Assembly (NCBI RefSeq): GCF_004010195.1
Contig: NC_057718.1
Location: forward strand, 71,523,486-71,587,485
Source of the DNA: Chiloscyllium plagiosum
Lineage: Eukaryota
DNA: 64,000 nucleotides
Reading direction: 5' to 3'
In this document: positions 41,101-53,100 of the stretch, piece by piece
How positions within the stretch are numbered: the first letter of the stretch is position 1
How the letters are laid out: each line of letters starts with the position of its first letter
The notes under the pieces: generated by a model
What the model was told of the DNA's origin: nothing
Database searches by the model: none
What the model saw: only the letters and a program-made list of their open reading frames with translations
Program-made: the position numbers and the translations under genes

Positions 41101-44100
41101 ATTTTGGGTTATTATTAGTTCTTGGCCTGTGGACTTGGTATCATTTTTATTGTTGTTAACTATTCTAGTCTGGTTATCTTGACAATATCAAACCATGAGT
41201 CTTGTTGCAAGAAGGTATTTAAATTATAAGTGCTAATCGTAGAAAATAACTAAAGTTTGTTTATTCGTTCAAAATAAAACTTTTTTCCATATCTCTAACT
41301 CAATAGAAGTGCATTGAGGACTCCATATAGGAATCTCGATATTTCTTTAAGTGCTTAATCATAAATATTGATATTTAATTCTCAAAATTAATATCAGTAC
41401 AAATATGGAAGCTCATTCAATGTTGCCTGTGAAATATTTAAGTTAACTTATAAGCGCTAAGAAATATTTCATACTTTGGAAATACTGTCTTTTAGCATTA
41501 GTTTTTGTTCATTTGTTAAGTTTGAGGGAAGTTCAATATAGTTATATTGAAAGTAATCTCGGAATGCATTGCCCTTAACTCATAACACTCCATAGAGGAC
41601 ATGTATAACCACTTGAAACTGGACATATAAAGTTCAATTAGACAGTTTAATGAAGTAAGTGATGAAGTAAACCAAACGATCAAGTTTGACCTTTGAGTGC
41701 CAAGCACTCATAAATTTAGATCTTAATTGAACATATATTCTACTGCATCTGGAACTTGCATATTGTTACTAACTACCCCTAGGTAAGCAATAAGGAACAA
41801 GTTGGAGAAATGTCATGTTTATCTGCAAATGCTCATTCTATCACATTTGTGATGTGAAACTGTCATTAAAGGAGCAAGTATGATGTTTATGTATTTCTGA
41901 TTTTTGGCCTACACTAGAATATCTGGTATTTCATGTTGTTGATGGTGGCTCAGTGGTTAGCACTTTTGTGTCTCAGCACAGTGACCTGGGTTTGATTTCA
42001 CCCTCTGGCGACTCTCTGTATGGAGTTTGCAAGTTCTCCGCAAGTCAAAGAGTCATAGAGATACACAACTCAAAAATAGACCCTTCGGTCCAACTCTTGC
42101 ATGCCAATCAGGTATCCTAACCTAATCTAGTTCCGTATGCCAGCACTTGGCACCTATCTCTCAAAACCCTTCCTGTCCATAAACCTATCCAGATGTCTTT
42201 TAAATGTTGCAATTGTACCAACCTCCTGCACATCCTCCGGCAGCATCCTCTGCATGTAAACGTTGCCCCTAGGTTTCTTTTTATATCTTTTCCCTCTCAC
42301 CCTAAACCTATCCCCTCTAATTCTGGATGCCCCTACACAAGGGAAAAGACTTTGTCTGTTTATCCTATCCGAGCCCCTCATGATTTTATAAATATCTATA
42401 AGATCACCCCTTAGCCTCTGACACTCCAGGGAAACCAGCCCCAGCCGATTCAGCCTCTCCCTATAGCTCAAATCCTCCAACCCTGGCAACATCTTTGTAA
42501 ATCTTTTCTAAACCCTTCCAAATTTCACAACATCCTTCCGATAGGAAGGAGACCAGAACTGCACACAATATTCCAAAACTGTCCTAACCAATGTTCTGTA
42601 CAGCCGCAACATGACCTTCCAACTCATATACTCAATGCTCTGACCAATAAAGGAAAACATACCAAATGCCTCCTTCACTATCCTGTCTACCTGCGACTCT
42701 ACTTTCATGGAACTATGAATCTACACTCCAAGGTCTCTTTGTTTAGCAATGCTCTCCAGGACCTTACCATTAAGTGTATAAGTCCTGCTCTGATTTTCTT
42801 TTCCAAAATGCAGCACCTCACATTTATCTAAATCAAACTCCATCTGCCACTCCTCAGCCCATTGGCCCATCTGATCAAGATGGCATTGTAATCTGAGGTA
42901 ACCTTCTTCGCTATCCACAAAACTTCCAATTTTGGCGTTGTCTGCAAACTTACTAACTTTACCTCCTATGTTCACATCCATATCGTTTAAATTAAAGACA
43001 AAAAACAGTGGACTCAGCACCAATCCTTGTGGCACACCACTGGTTGCAGGCCTCCAGTCTGAAAAGTAACCCTCCACCACCAACCTCTATCTTCTACGTT
43101 CGAGCCACTTCTGTATCCAAATGGCTAGATCTCCCTGTATTCCATGAGGTCTAACCTTGTTAACCAGTCTCCCATGAGAAGCATTGTCGCACACCTTACT
43201 GAAGTCATCATAGATCACATCCACCGCTCTGTCCTCATCAGTCTTCTGATACTACTTCAAAAAACTGAATCAAGTGTGCTTAGATGTCATGTCTCTCACA
43301 AAGCCATGCTGATTATCCCTAATCAGTCCTTGCCTTTCCAAATATGTGTAAATCCTGTCCCTCAGGATTCCCTCCAACAACTTGCACACCACTAATGTCA
43401 GGTTCACCGGCTTATATTTCCCTGGCTTTTCCTTACCACCTTTCTTAAATAGTGGCACCACATTAGCCACCCTCCAGTCTTCTGACGCCTCACCTGTGAC
43501 TGTCAATGACACAAATATCTCAGCAAGAAGCCCAGCAATCACTTCCCTAGCTTCCCACAGAGTTCTTGGGTATACCTGATCAGGTCGTGGGGATTTATCC
43601 ACTTTTATGCATTTCAAGACATCCAGCGCTTCCTTCTCTGTAATATGGACATTTTTCAAGATGTCACCATCTATTTCTCCACATTCTATATCTTCCATGT
43701 CCTTTTCCACAGTGAACACTAATACAAAATACTCATTTGGTATCTTTTCCCCCATCTCCTATGGCTCTACACAAAGGTCGCCTTGTTGATCTTTGAGGGG
43801 CCCTATTCTCTCCCCGATTCCCTTTTATCCTTAATGTGTTTGTAAAATCCATTTGGATTCTCCTTACCCTTATTTGCCAAAGCTATCTCATGTCTCCTTT
43901 TTGCCCTTCTGATTTCCCTTTTAAGTATACTCCCATTGCCTTTATATTCTTCTAAGGATTCACTAGATATGTCCTGTCTATATTTGTCATAGGCTTCCTT
44001 CTTTTTCTTAACTAAACCCTCAATTTCTTAGTTAAAAATCACACAACACCAGGTTTTAGTCCAACAGGTTTAATTGGAAGCACACTAGCTTTCGGAGCGA

Positions 44101-47100
44101 CGCTCCTTCATCAGGTGATTGTGGAGGGCTCGATCGTAACACAGAATTTATAGCAAAAATTTGCAGTGTGATGTAACTGAAATTATACATTGTCTGTCTA
44201 GAGGCTTGTGTCAGATGTTTAAAGGTTAGCTCAGGAATGTTATTTGAGGGGGGCATTTTTGTGGGCGGCACGGTGGCACAGTGGTTAGCACTGCTGCCTC
44301 ACAGCGCCAGAGACCCGGGTTCAATTCCCGCCTCAGGCGACTGACTGTGTGGAGTTTGCACATTCTCCCCGTGTCTGCGTGGGTTTCCTCCGGGTGCTCC
44401 GGTTTCCTCCCACAGTCCAAAGATGTGCAGGTCAGGTGAATTGGCCAAGCTAAATTGTCCGTAGTGTTAGGTAAGGGGTAAATGTAGGGGTATGGGTGGT
44501 TTGCGCTTCGGTGGGTCGGTGTGGACTTGTTGGGCCGAAGGGCCTGTTTCCACACTGCAAAGTAATCTAATCTAATCTAATACTGTCTGTGGACTCTTGT
44601 TATCTTATTTTTGAAGGCTTTCCGTTTTCCAGTTGTCCCTTTATCTGCGAACATCAGCCCCCAATCAGCTTTTGAAAGTTCTTGCCTAAAACTGTCAAAA
44701 TTAGCCTTCCTCCATTTTAGAACTTCAACTTTTAGAACTGGTCTATCCTTTTCCATCCCTATTTTAAAATTAATAGAATTATGGTCGTTGGCCCCAAAGT
44801 GCTCCCCCACTGATACCTCAGTCACTTACCCTGTCTTATTTTCCAAGAGTAGGTCAATTATTGGCACCTTCTGTAGTAGTTATATCCACATACTGATTCA
44901 GAAAATGTTCTTGTCCACACTTAACAAATTTCTCTCTATTTACACTGATACCCCCACTTACCCTGTCTTATTTTCCAAGAGTAGGTCTATTATTGGCACC
45001 TTCTGTAGTAGTTATATCCACATACTGATTCAGAAAATGTTCTTGTCCACACTTAACAAATTTCTCTCTATTTAAACCGTTAATACTATGGTAATCCCAG
45101 TCTATGTTTGGAAAGTTAAAATCGCCTACCATAACCATCCTATTATTCTTCCAGATAAATGAAATCTCCTTACAAATTTGTTCCTCAACTTCTGGCTGAC
45201 TATTAGGAGGTCTGTAATACAATCCCAATGAGGTGACCATCCCTTTCTTATCTCTTCGTTCCACCCAAATAACTTTGCTGGATGTATTCCAATGAATATC
45301 CTCCCCAAGTAAAGGAGTAACGCTCTCCCTGATCAAAAACGCCACTCCCCCTCCTCTCTCGCCTCCCTTTCTGTCCTTCCATTAGCATTTGTGTCCTGGA
45401 ACATTAAGCTGCCAGTCCAGTCCATCCCTGAGCCATGTCTATGTAATTACAATGATATCCCATTCCTATGTTCATTGCCATGTCCCGAGTTCATCTGTCT
45501 TCCCTGTTAGGCCTCTTGCATTGAAATAAATGCAACTTAATTTATCTAACATATCTTCTTCTCTGTTTTGTTCTTTCCTGCCCTGACTGTTTGTTTGACT
45601 CACTCCCTTTCCTAACTGTACCAGTCTCCGATTGATCTCTTTCCTCACTATTTCCCTGAGTCTCACCGCACCGCACCCCACCCCAACATCTTACTCGCTT
45701 AAATCCTCCTGAGCAGCTCTAGGAAATCTCCCTGCCAGTATATTAGTCCCCTTCCAATTCAGGTGCAATCTATCCTTGTGCAGGTCACTCCTACCCCAGA
45801 AGAAATTCCAATGATCCAAAAATGTGAAGCTTTCTCCCATGCACCAGCTTCTCAGCCATACATTCTATCCTCAGTTCCTACCCTCACCAGCTCGTAGCAC
45901 TGGGAGTAATCCAGATATTACTACTGTCGAGGACCTCCTTTTTAAATTCCTGCCTAATATTCTATATTCTCCCTTCAGAATCTCATCCAAGTCTGTGTGA
46001 GTTTCCTCCCACAGTCCAAAGATGTGCAGGTCAGCTGGATTGGCAATGCAAATTGCCTGTAGTGTTCAGGGAGTGTAAGACTAGGTGATTAGACATGGGA
46101 AATGCAGGGTTTCAGGGATAGGGCAAGAGGATGGGTCTGGGTGGGATGCTCTTTGGAGGGTCTGTGTGGAGCCCTTGGGCAAAATGGTCTCTTTCCACAG
46201 GATTCGGTAATGATAGGAACAGAAGTAGGTCATTCAGCTCATCAAATTTGCTGTGCCAGTCAATGAGGTCATAGTTGATCTGATACTCTACATTTTCCCT
46301 ATAGCTGCCGACTCTCTTCCTGGTTTAAAAAATCTATCTTGCAGCTAATTTGCTTGATATTTGGTGGAGTAATATCAGCCTTGAGCTGGATTGTGACCAG
46401 TGAAAACTTTTTTAATACAGTACAGTGGCTAACAAACTTGTCTTGGAGCCACAGTTCAAAGGTTGAAATGAGATGCAGACAAAGCAATAAAATGTTCATG
46501 TACCATTCATGCTATGTATCCCATCCCTAGCTACCTTGATTTCTAGTAGGATTCACCTAAAAACAAGAAATGTGCAACAAGTATGTTTAGTTCAGTTCAG
46601 CTACTTTGTCTTTATTGATACGTGTTTGTCATGGCAAGATCAGATGTAAATCTGTTTTGAGGTTCAGCATTAAATTTGACTAAGGATTTTTCCAGTCTTG
46701 CCATCTGTTTCTGAAACAAAAGACTACTGTCTTGATTATTGTCTTGAGGAGATGTTGTTTAAAACATGATTTGGAGATGCCAGTGTTGGACTGGGGTGTA
46801 CAAACTTAAAAATCACACAACATCAGGTTATAGTCCAACAGGTTTAATTGGAAGCACACTAGCTTTGGGAGCGACGCTCCTTCATCAGGTGATAGTGGAG
46901 GGCTCAATCGTAACACAGATATAAATTCTGCTATAAATTCTGTGTTACGATCGAGCCCTCCGCTATCACCTGATGAAGGATCGTCGCTCCGAAAGCTAAG
47001 TGTGCTTCCAATTAAACCTGTTGGACTATAACCTGGTGTTGTGATTTTTAACTTTGTTTAAAACAGCATGTGCAAATTTGTTGAGAAGTTAGTGTAAAAT

Positions 47101-50100
47101 TGTTTACTGGGGTGCACTTGGATGAAAATAGTTTTCAAAGATAACCATGGAGGTGAAGGAGCAGATATGGGTATCCCTTATTTTGTTTACTGTAAAATTA
47201 AACTAAATAGAAATTGGACTTTTGTTAATTTCATTGTGTAACCTGAAATGAAGTATTAAAATATTAAGAATTAAAGCGGTTATAAATTCAAGGAGAAAAT
47301 GTCATGTATTCCTACATATTTTTAATAATACACTTGTTCTGTTTGTTTAATAATATATTAGGCAAGTTATCCTACTTTATTATTCAGTAAGCTACTGCCA
47401 AGTTTATGGAAGTAATGTGAAACAAAGTAACTGTGTCTTTATAGTCAATAGTTGAACAGGCCACAGTTTTAAACACAAGCAGTTGAAACTTTGGTATTAG
47501 CCATGCAAAAACAAAAAAATTGGCTTTCCTTAACCATGAGTTGGTTTTCAGTCTTGAAGCTGTTGGCAAAAATGTGATTTACAGCTGTATCTGTTGTACA
47601 TGACAACAGAGTCTGATTGTTTGCAATCTCCCTTCTGTTAAATGAGCATTTTTCTCTGCTTAATATTGTTGCTGTCCTCAGACTTATGTCTATAAACTCG
47701 ATTAATAAATATCTGTATCAAATGAGGTAAAAACAAGGGCTGCAAATGCTGGAAACCAGATTCTAGATTAGAGTGGTGCTGGAAAAGATTAGCAGGTCAG
47801 GCAGCATCCAGATGAAGGGCTTTTGCCCGAAACGTTAATTTTCCTGCCCCTCGGATGCTGCCTGACCTGCTGTGCTTTTCCAGCACCACTCTAATCTAGA
47901 ATCTGTATCAAATGATCATGACCAAGTAATGAATACGTGTCTCGTGTAATCTCTCACTTTCGTTAACTTGTTTTCAAATTGACAAGACCTCTCACAATCC
48001 ACCTCAAATTTGTAACCTTCTTAGCACTGTTGCCTGGGTTCAATTCCAGCCTTGAGCAACTGTCTGAGTGGAGTTTGCATGTTCTTCACATGTCTGCGTG
48101 TGTTTGCTCTGGATGCTCCAGTTATCTCTCAATCCAAAGATGAGCAGGTTGGGTGGATTGGCTGTGCTACACTAGTGAAAATATGAAGTTAGAGGATAGC
48201 GTGGGATGCTCTTTGGAAGGTCAGTGCAGACCTGATGGGTCGAATGGCCTCTCTACACTGTAGACTTGTTATGATTCTACAAAAAGTGCATGTAGTACAT
48301 TCCCTTAAATTATTAACTCCCATTAAAAGTTTTGAGTATTCATGATAGATAAGTATGATGTACTTTACGGATTAGGACCCATAGAGGAAACCATACATGT
48401 GGGTATGGGGCAGCACAAGATTAGGCTGAATTCTGTTGCTATTCTTCTCCCTTTTCAGTTTCTGACTGCATGTTCAAATAGCTTATTGTCAGATAGTAAG
48501 ACATGGCTACTGTAGCAGAGCATTGACTTCTGAAGCTTGATCCATTGAAACTTAGGTTGTTGCTGCAAAGAAAAGGGTAAGTGTTTTAACTGATGTGGAT
48601 GGTGCACCTGCAGTTTATGTAAGATGCCATTGGAGAGATAAAGGAATGATGTTAAGGTGTTGTTTGTTGATGGATCAAAATTGTTGAATGTGCAATAAGG
48701 CAAATCCTGTTCTGGTGACCATGTAACTACTTTTATTTTCAACAGAACCAGATCCAGTACCTCAAGCAAGTTCAACTGCCCAGTGCTGCTCAACTTCGAT
48801 CCACCTTGGTTGATCCTGCTATTAACTTGTTTTTCCTTAAAATGAAGACTGAACTGGAACAGACTAAAGACAAACTGGAACAAGCTCAAAATGAACTGAG
48901 TGCCTGGAAGTTTACACCTGATAGGTAAACAAACAAAATACTCCCCAGTCAAGACCTCCCTGACAATCCCACTGCAAGAATGTATGGTGGGATGGCCAAG
49001 TACTCTCTTAAGAGCAAGACAGCCTCAGCCTTTGAGCAAAAAAAAATCCAGATTCATTTACTACTCAGCTTGTTATGCTTAATGTAAAACATTGTCAGAT
49101 GAACATTCTGTTTCAGCTTTTTGCCCCTTCTACTTCAGAGGCCTGAAGGAGTCGGATTCTTCCAAAGAACTGGCCTGCATCCAACCAAAAAAATTCTTGC
49201 CCAGTTTAGACACTTGAAATTTGTTTTTTATAGAAGAAAATAAAGGGAGGAAAAGAAGTCACTTTTCTGCAAAAAAAGGGAGTGTAAAGTCTGCTGTACA
49301 CCGTTTCTGGTGGCTGTGTTTGCAGTCTGAGTTTGGAGGAGAGAACGTAGCTTTTCTCATCTCAGACACTGGGCCTGAATTGAGTTTTCGTGTAAATTCG
49401 TTTTAAAGTAATGGAATGCCCTGCACTCCAAACGTTGCTAGTGACTAATGGAAGTCAGTTTGGTGTAAGACTGAAGACTTCCTGCTTGTATCACGGTGAA
49501 CTTTCAAGAGTTGAAAAAAACATTGAAGTGACTTTAGAGCACAGTCAAAGGTTTCAATTTTTTGAACTGGCCATCAACTCTTGTGTTGAGTTGCATTTAT
49601 AAGCCATATTTCACACTGATCCATTCTGAAGCAACCTTCCCACTCTTGTGATTATGGTTTCTTTAACTTCATTAACTAACCAACTTGTATGTACTAGACT
49701 GTGAGTAGTCTCATAAATGTAAGTAGAAAAGTGGAAAGCTAACTGTTTGGTTAGTATTTTTTGTCAGTTAAATTCAAATCCCTCCCACTGGCTAACTATA
49801 TTGGAGGATGTTTTTTTTTCAAAACGTACCATTTTTTGTACTGGGTTTTTATTTCTGAGGTGACTTATCTCCATTAGTGACTTATCTGGAAATGCATCTG
49901 TTCAGTTGTAGAACCTAAGTGTACTGAAATTCAGTTTTACTCTGGGAATTGCAAGTGATTATTGTACATCTGAAGTTTTGCACCAGATAAAATGTCATTT
50001 TGGGGAACTTTGATTTTTCTTTTTTTGTCATTGGTGGAGGAATATTTAAACACATCGGGAGCTGAAAGGTGATATCGTGCCCTTCCATTTGAATGAGACA

Positions 50101-53100
50101 ACTTATCTAATTGACATCCTTCATATACAATTCAAAAAATCTGCCTGGTGTGTAGCTGAAATCAGTGTTACAAGTAGATTTCAATTTTGTGTATAAATTA
50201 TGTTGTTTCTTTATAAAGTACTATTTCAAAATAAATTGCTTGGGCACTGTGAAAATTAGATCTAGTCTCTTTCAAACAATGTGACAGCAGTTGTGCACTA
50301 AATCATAGCTTCAATTTCTCAGTTAAGCACGCAGACAATCTATTTTCATGGAAATGAAATGCTAAGTAGGTGCACCGCACCATTTGTTTTATTTCTTTTA
50401 CTGAACTCCCAGTTCCTTAAACAAAATACCTCAACTACAGGAGTTTGAATATTTGTGTCAGAATACATGCTTAGATTGCATTTTCTTAAAAATGTATTTT
50501 AAGAAGTTTGGTCCAGCTTGAGGCATTAAGATGTTATGATGACTGAGAAATTTTAATATTGTGACTTCCTAACTTTTCTGGTCACCAACCCACTGGGAGG
50601 AAAGTAATTACATAATGAAGTCCACAAATTGTAGTTTTTTTTGTATTACGATGTTTTTCCAAGTTCTCATTGTAAAGCTCAGAGTGAAATTTGCTGGTAA
50701 AAATCTAACCATATTAGCCTATTTTCATATTGTGGGACATATTCAATTTTATTGTTCAGTATTTTGTATATTTTTAATATTGCAGGATGACCTGTTTCAG
50801 TAAAAAGGAAATTTCACATACTTTTTAAAACTGCAAAACTAAATTTCTTGTTTGGTGAAATGTTTGTGTTGCATCAGTCTGTACCAGTGAATTTGAAGAT
50901 CAAACTGGTAGAGGTTAATTCAAGTCAGTGGAATGAATATTTTAAACAATATTATCACAAAGTAGCACTTTTTGGTTTTCCTTTAAGCCTCCATTGATCA
51001 TGCCATGCTCATTTTCCAAAGAACTATGTTTACAATTGCTTTAATGCGCATTCCCAAGACCATAGCATTTGATCACATTTGATCCCAGCTTTCAAATTAT
51101 ATCTGATTACTAACAATGTGGGAAGCCTTACCTGAGCCATGCAGGAATGGGTGTGTCTTTAATTTTATGCTAAAATAGTGTTTCAAGTTTTATGAATTTG
51201 TAAAATTTTCATTTTTTAATTATGTCTTGTGTCACAGTTTAGACGTGTTGTGTAAAATAAGAATTGTGTAGTTATGTGTGGTTATTTGTTATTATGCATT
51301 AATTGTTGATAGTACTTCTAAATGTAGAAGAGAAACTGTTACAGACGGCACGACAGATGGTCTGAGATGAAGTTCAGGCCATGACCTAAATCTTTTTATA
51401 CCAAAGTATTTTGGAAAGACTGTTAAAGCTGGTGATGGATGTTATTTCAACAATGTCAGTTTCTTAAAAATTGCTGTTGTGAAGGGGGGTAGAAGCACAT
51501 ATTTCATCGGCAATTCAGTGACAGCTTTAACTGTTTTATTTGATCCTTATTTTGAAGTCCTATAGGAATAGGCTTACAATATAGCATTATCTCCTACCTG
51601 TATGGTTTGTACAAATCCTAATTTAACGTTTAAATTACTCGGAGCTGTGCATTGCTTTTGATCCATCCTTTGAAAGTATGGTCATGCTTTAACTTTTTTG
51701 GAGGTGTGGGGAATGGAGAAAACAGAATTGCATTGACTATCTTCCATTCTGCCTATATATTGTACATTTCTGCACCACTGACACCATCATTTGAGGGTAT
51801 GGTTATGCTTTTTTTTCTTGGAGGTGCAGAGCAAGGACATAACAACAGAAATTTTTATTTTGAACTGACTGTCTACCTTTTATAATGTACGTTTCTGCAC
51901 TATTGGGTAATAGGAGCTCAGTTCCTGTGCTTCTAAAATTGTCAGCACTCAACTATTTGGTGCCTTTGTAGTTTTCAAGTATAATTGCATGGACTCAGTA
52001 GACTTTGAAAGCCTTAAAGGCAGTTACCACCATTTTTTTATGCGTGTGGATTGAGAGAAGTCTCCTCAACCTGTTCGACAAACTTTGGAGATTTTGTCAC
52101 TATTCTTGGTTCTTTGTTACTTTCATTGCCCGCTTGTTTTACTTCCACTGTAGAAACATTTCTAGTTTAAAAATATGAGAAATATATTGGGTCACCTGAA
52201 CAATTTATTGTTTTCTGTTTTTCTTTGTTTTAAGTTGCATAACTGTTGTACATTCTAAGACACTAACAGCGTTCTGTCTGCTTGGGTTGAAATTTGTTCT
52301 TCAGATGTGATGGTCTTCCATTGATCATTATAGGCTTCATGGCCAAGTCTAAACCTGTTGCTATCCTTATCCAGTGTACATGCAGACCCATTTCAACATA
52401 TGATACTGTATAATCAGGAGTGAGTGCTTCAATCTGATTTATCCCTTTTTACAAGGTTCAGTCTAAAAAACATGAGCTTTTGGCCAATTTTTAGTAATGT
52501 ATCATCCTGGCCAAAATCAGTTAGGTTATTACAGCCCTGGGATCAAACGTGGGATGGTGATTTGAATACCACAGAGTATTTGAGACCTTTGAATAATTAT
52601 TAATTGAGTTGGGACTGTTGTTCTTTTATCATGTCGATGACATTTTTATTTATTTCCCTCTCTTGCGGTCAGATTTCAGCTGTATAAACTTGTATTTTTT
52701 GTTTAACTGGCGATATGCTTAATCAAATTAAGATTATACCATGATGCATGAGAACTCTGGATATACTAATTTGGTATAAGTTCAGCGCTACAATCACATC
52801 TTCTGCTGGAGCTGGTTGACATTTGCTTCCAGAGCATCACTTTTATTTTCAAAAAAAAGACTTCATGCAAAACATTTTAAATAGTAAGGTTTTAACAGGG
52901 GGTTTGAAAGAAATCATACATTTAAAATAGAAGAAGCCAAGTCAAAGTGGCTGAAATACATTCGACTAGAAATGTTCGGGCTTTAATAGCATGTGTGGTG
53001 ATTCCATTTTGTGAAGAATTGTCATTTCTCTCTGTGATGGTAAGTGTCTGTCTTTACAGCCAAACGGGGAAAAAGTTGATGGCCAAATGTCGGATGTTAA

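Larger units (their letters stand above)
42047..45987 (-). mobile_element. CR1 LINE of about 3.9 kb (end of ORF1, EN, RT, 3' tail), frameshifted, with nested PLE and SINE
   Basis: ORFs 45472 (CIYFNARGL), 44968 (YYRPPN, VGDFNFPNIDW), 43270 (KSPRPDQVYPR), 42721 (SGVPQG, KFADN) and 42154 (LRGDLI). Confidence 0.93.
41943..46200 (+). mobile_element. Old SINE split into two parts (41943-42046 and 45988-46200) by a CR1 insertion
   Basis: The head GGTGGCTCAGTGGTTAGCAC..GGAGTTTGCAAGTTCTCC resumes as GTCTGTGTGAGTTTCCTCCCACAGTCCAAAG; CAAGTC is repeated at 42041-42046 and 45988-45993. Confidence 0.75.

Noticed and set aside
44263..44330. tRNA gene suggested by A and B boxes
   Set aside because: It is the tRNA-derived head of a SINE present in about ten copies, continuing into SINE body and tail.
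46767..47053. Fold-back units as miRNA genes or classical MITEs
   Set aside because: The arms are copies of PLE terminal sequence also found singly elsewhere in the window, the arms are asymmetric, and the TSDs are 12-15 bp and variable.
48455..48952. 165-aa minus-strand ORF as an antisense gene
   Set aside because: It is the antisense shadow of WTAP exon 6, with no recognisable domain or independent signals.
52947..53059. In-frame ORF extension upstream of exon 7 (and likewise 62807-62870 upstream of exon 8)
   Set aside because: These start at non-ATG codons in intronic sequence with no WTAP similarity; canonical acceptors explain the true boundaries.
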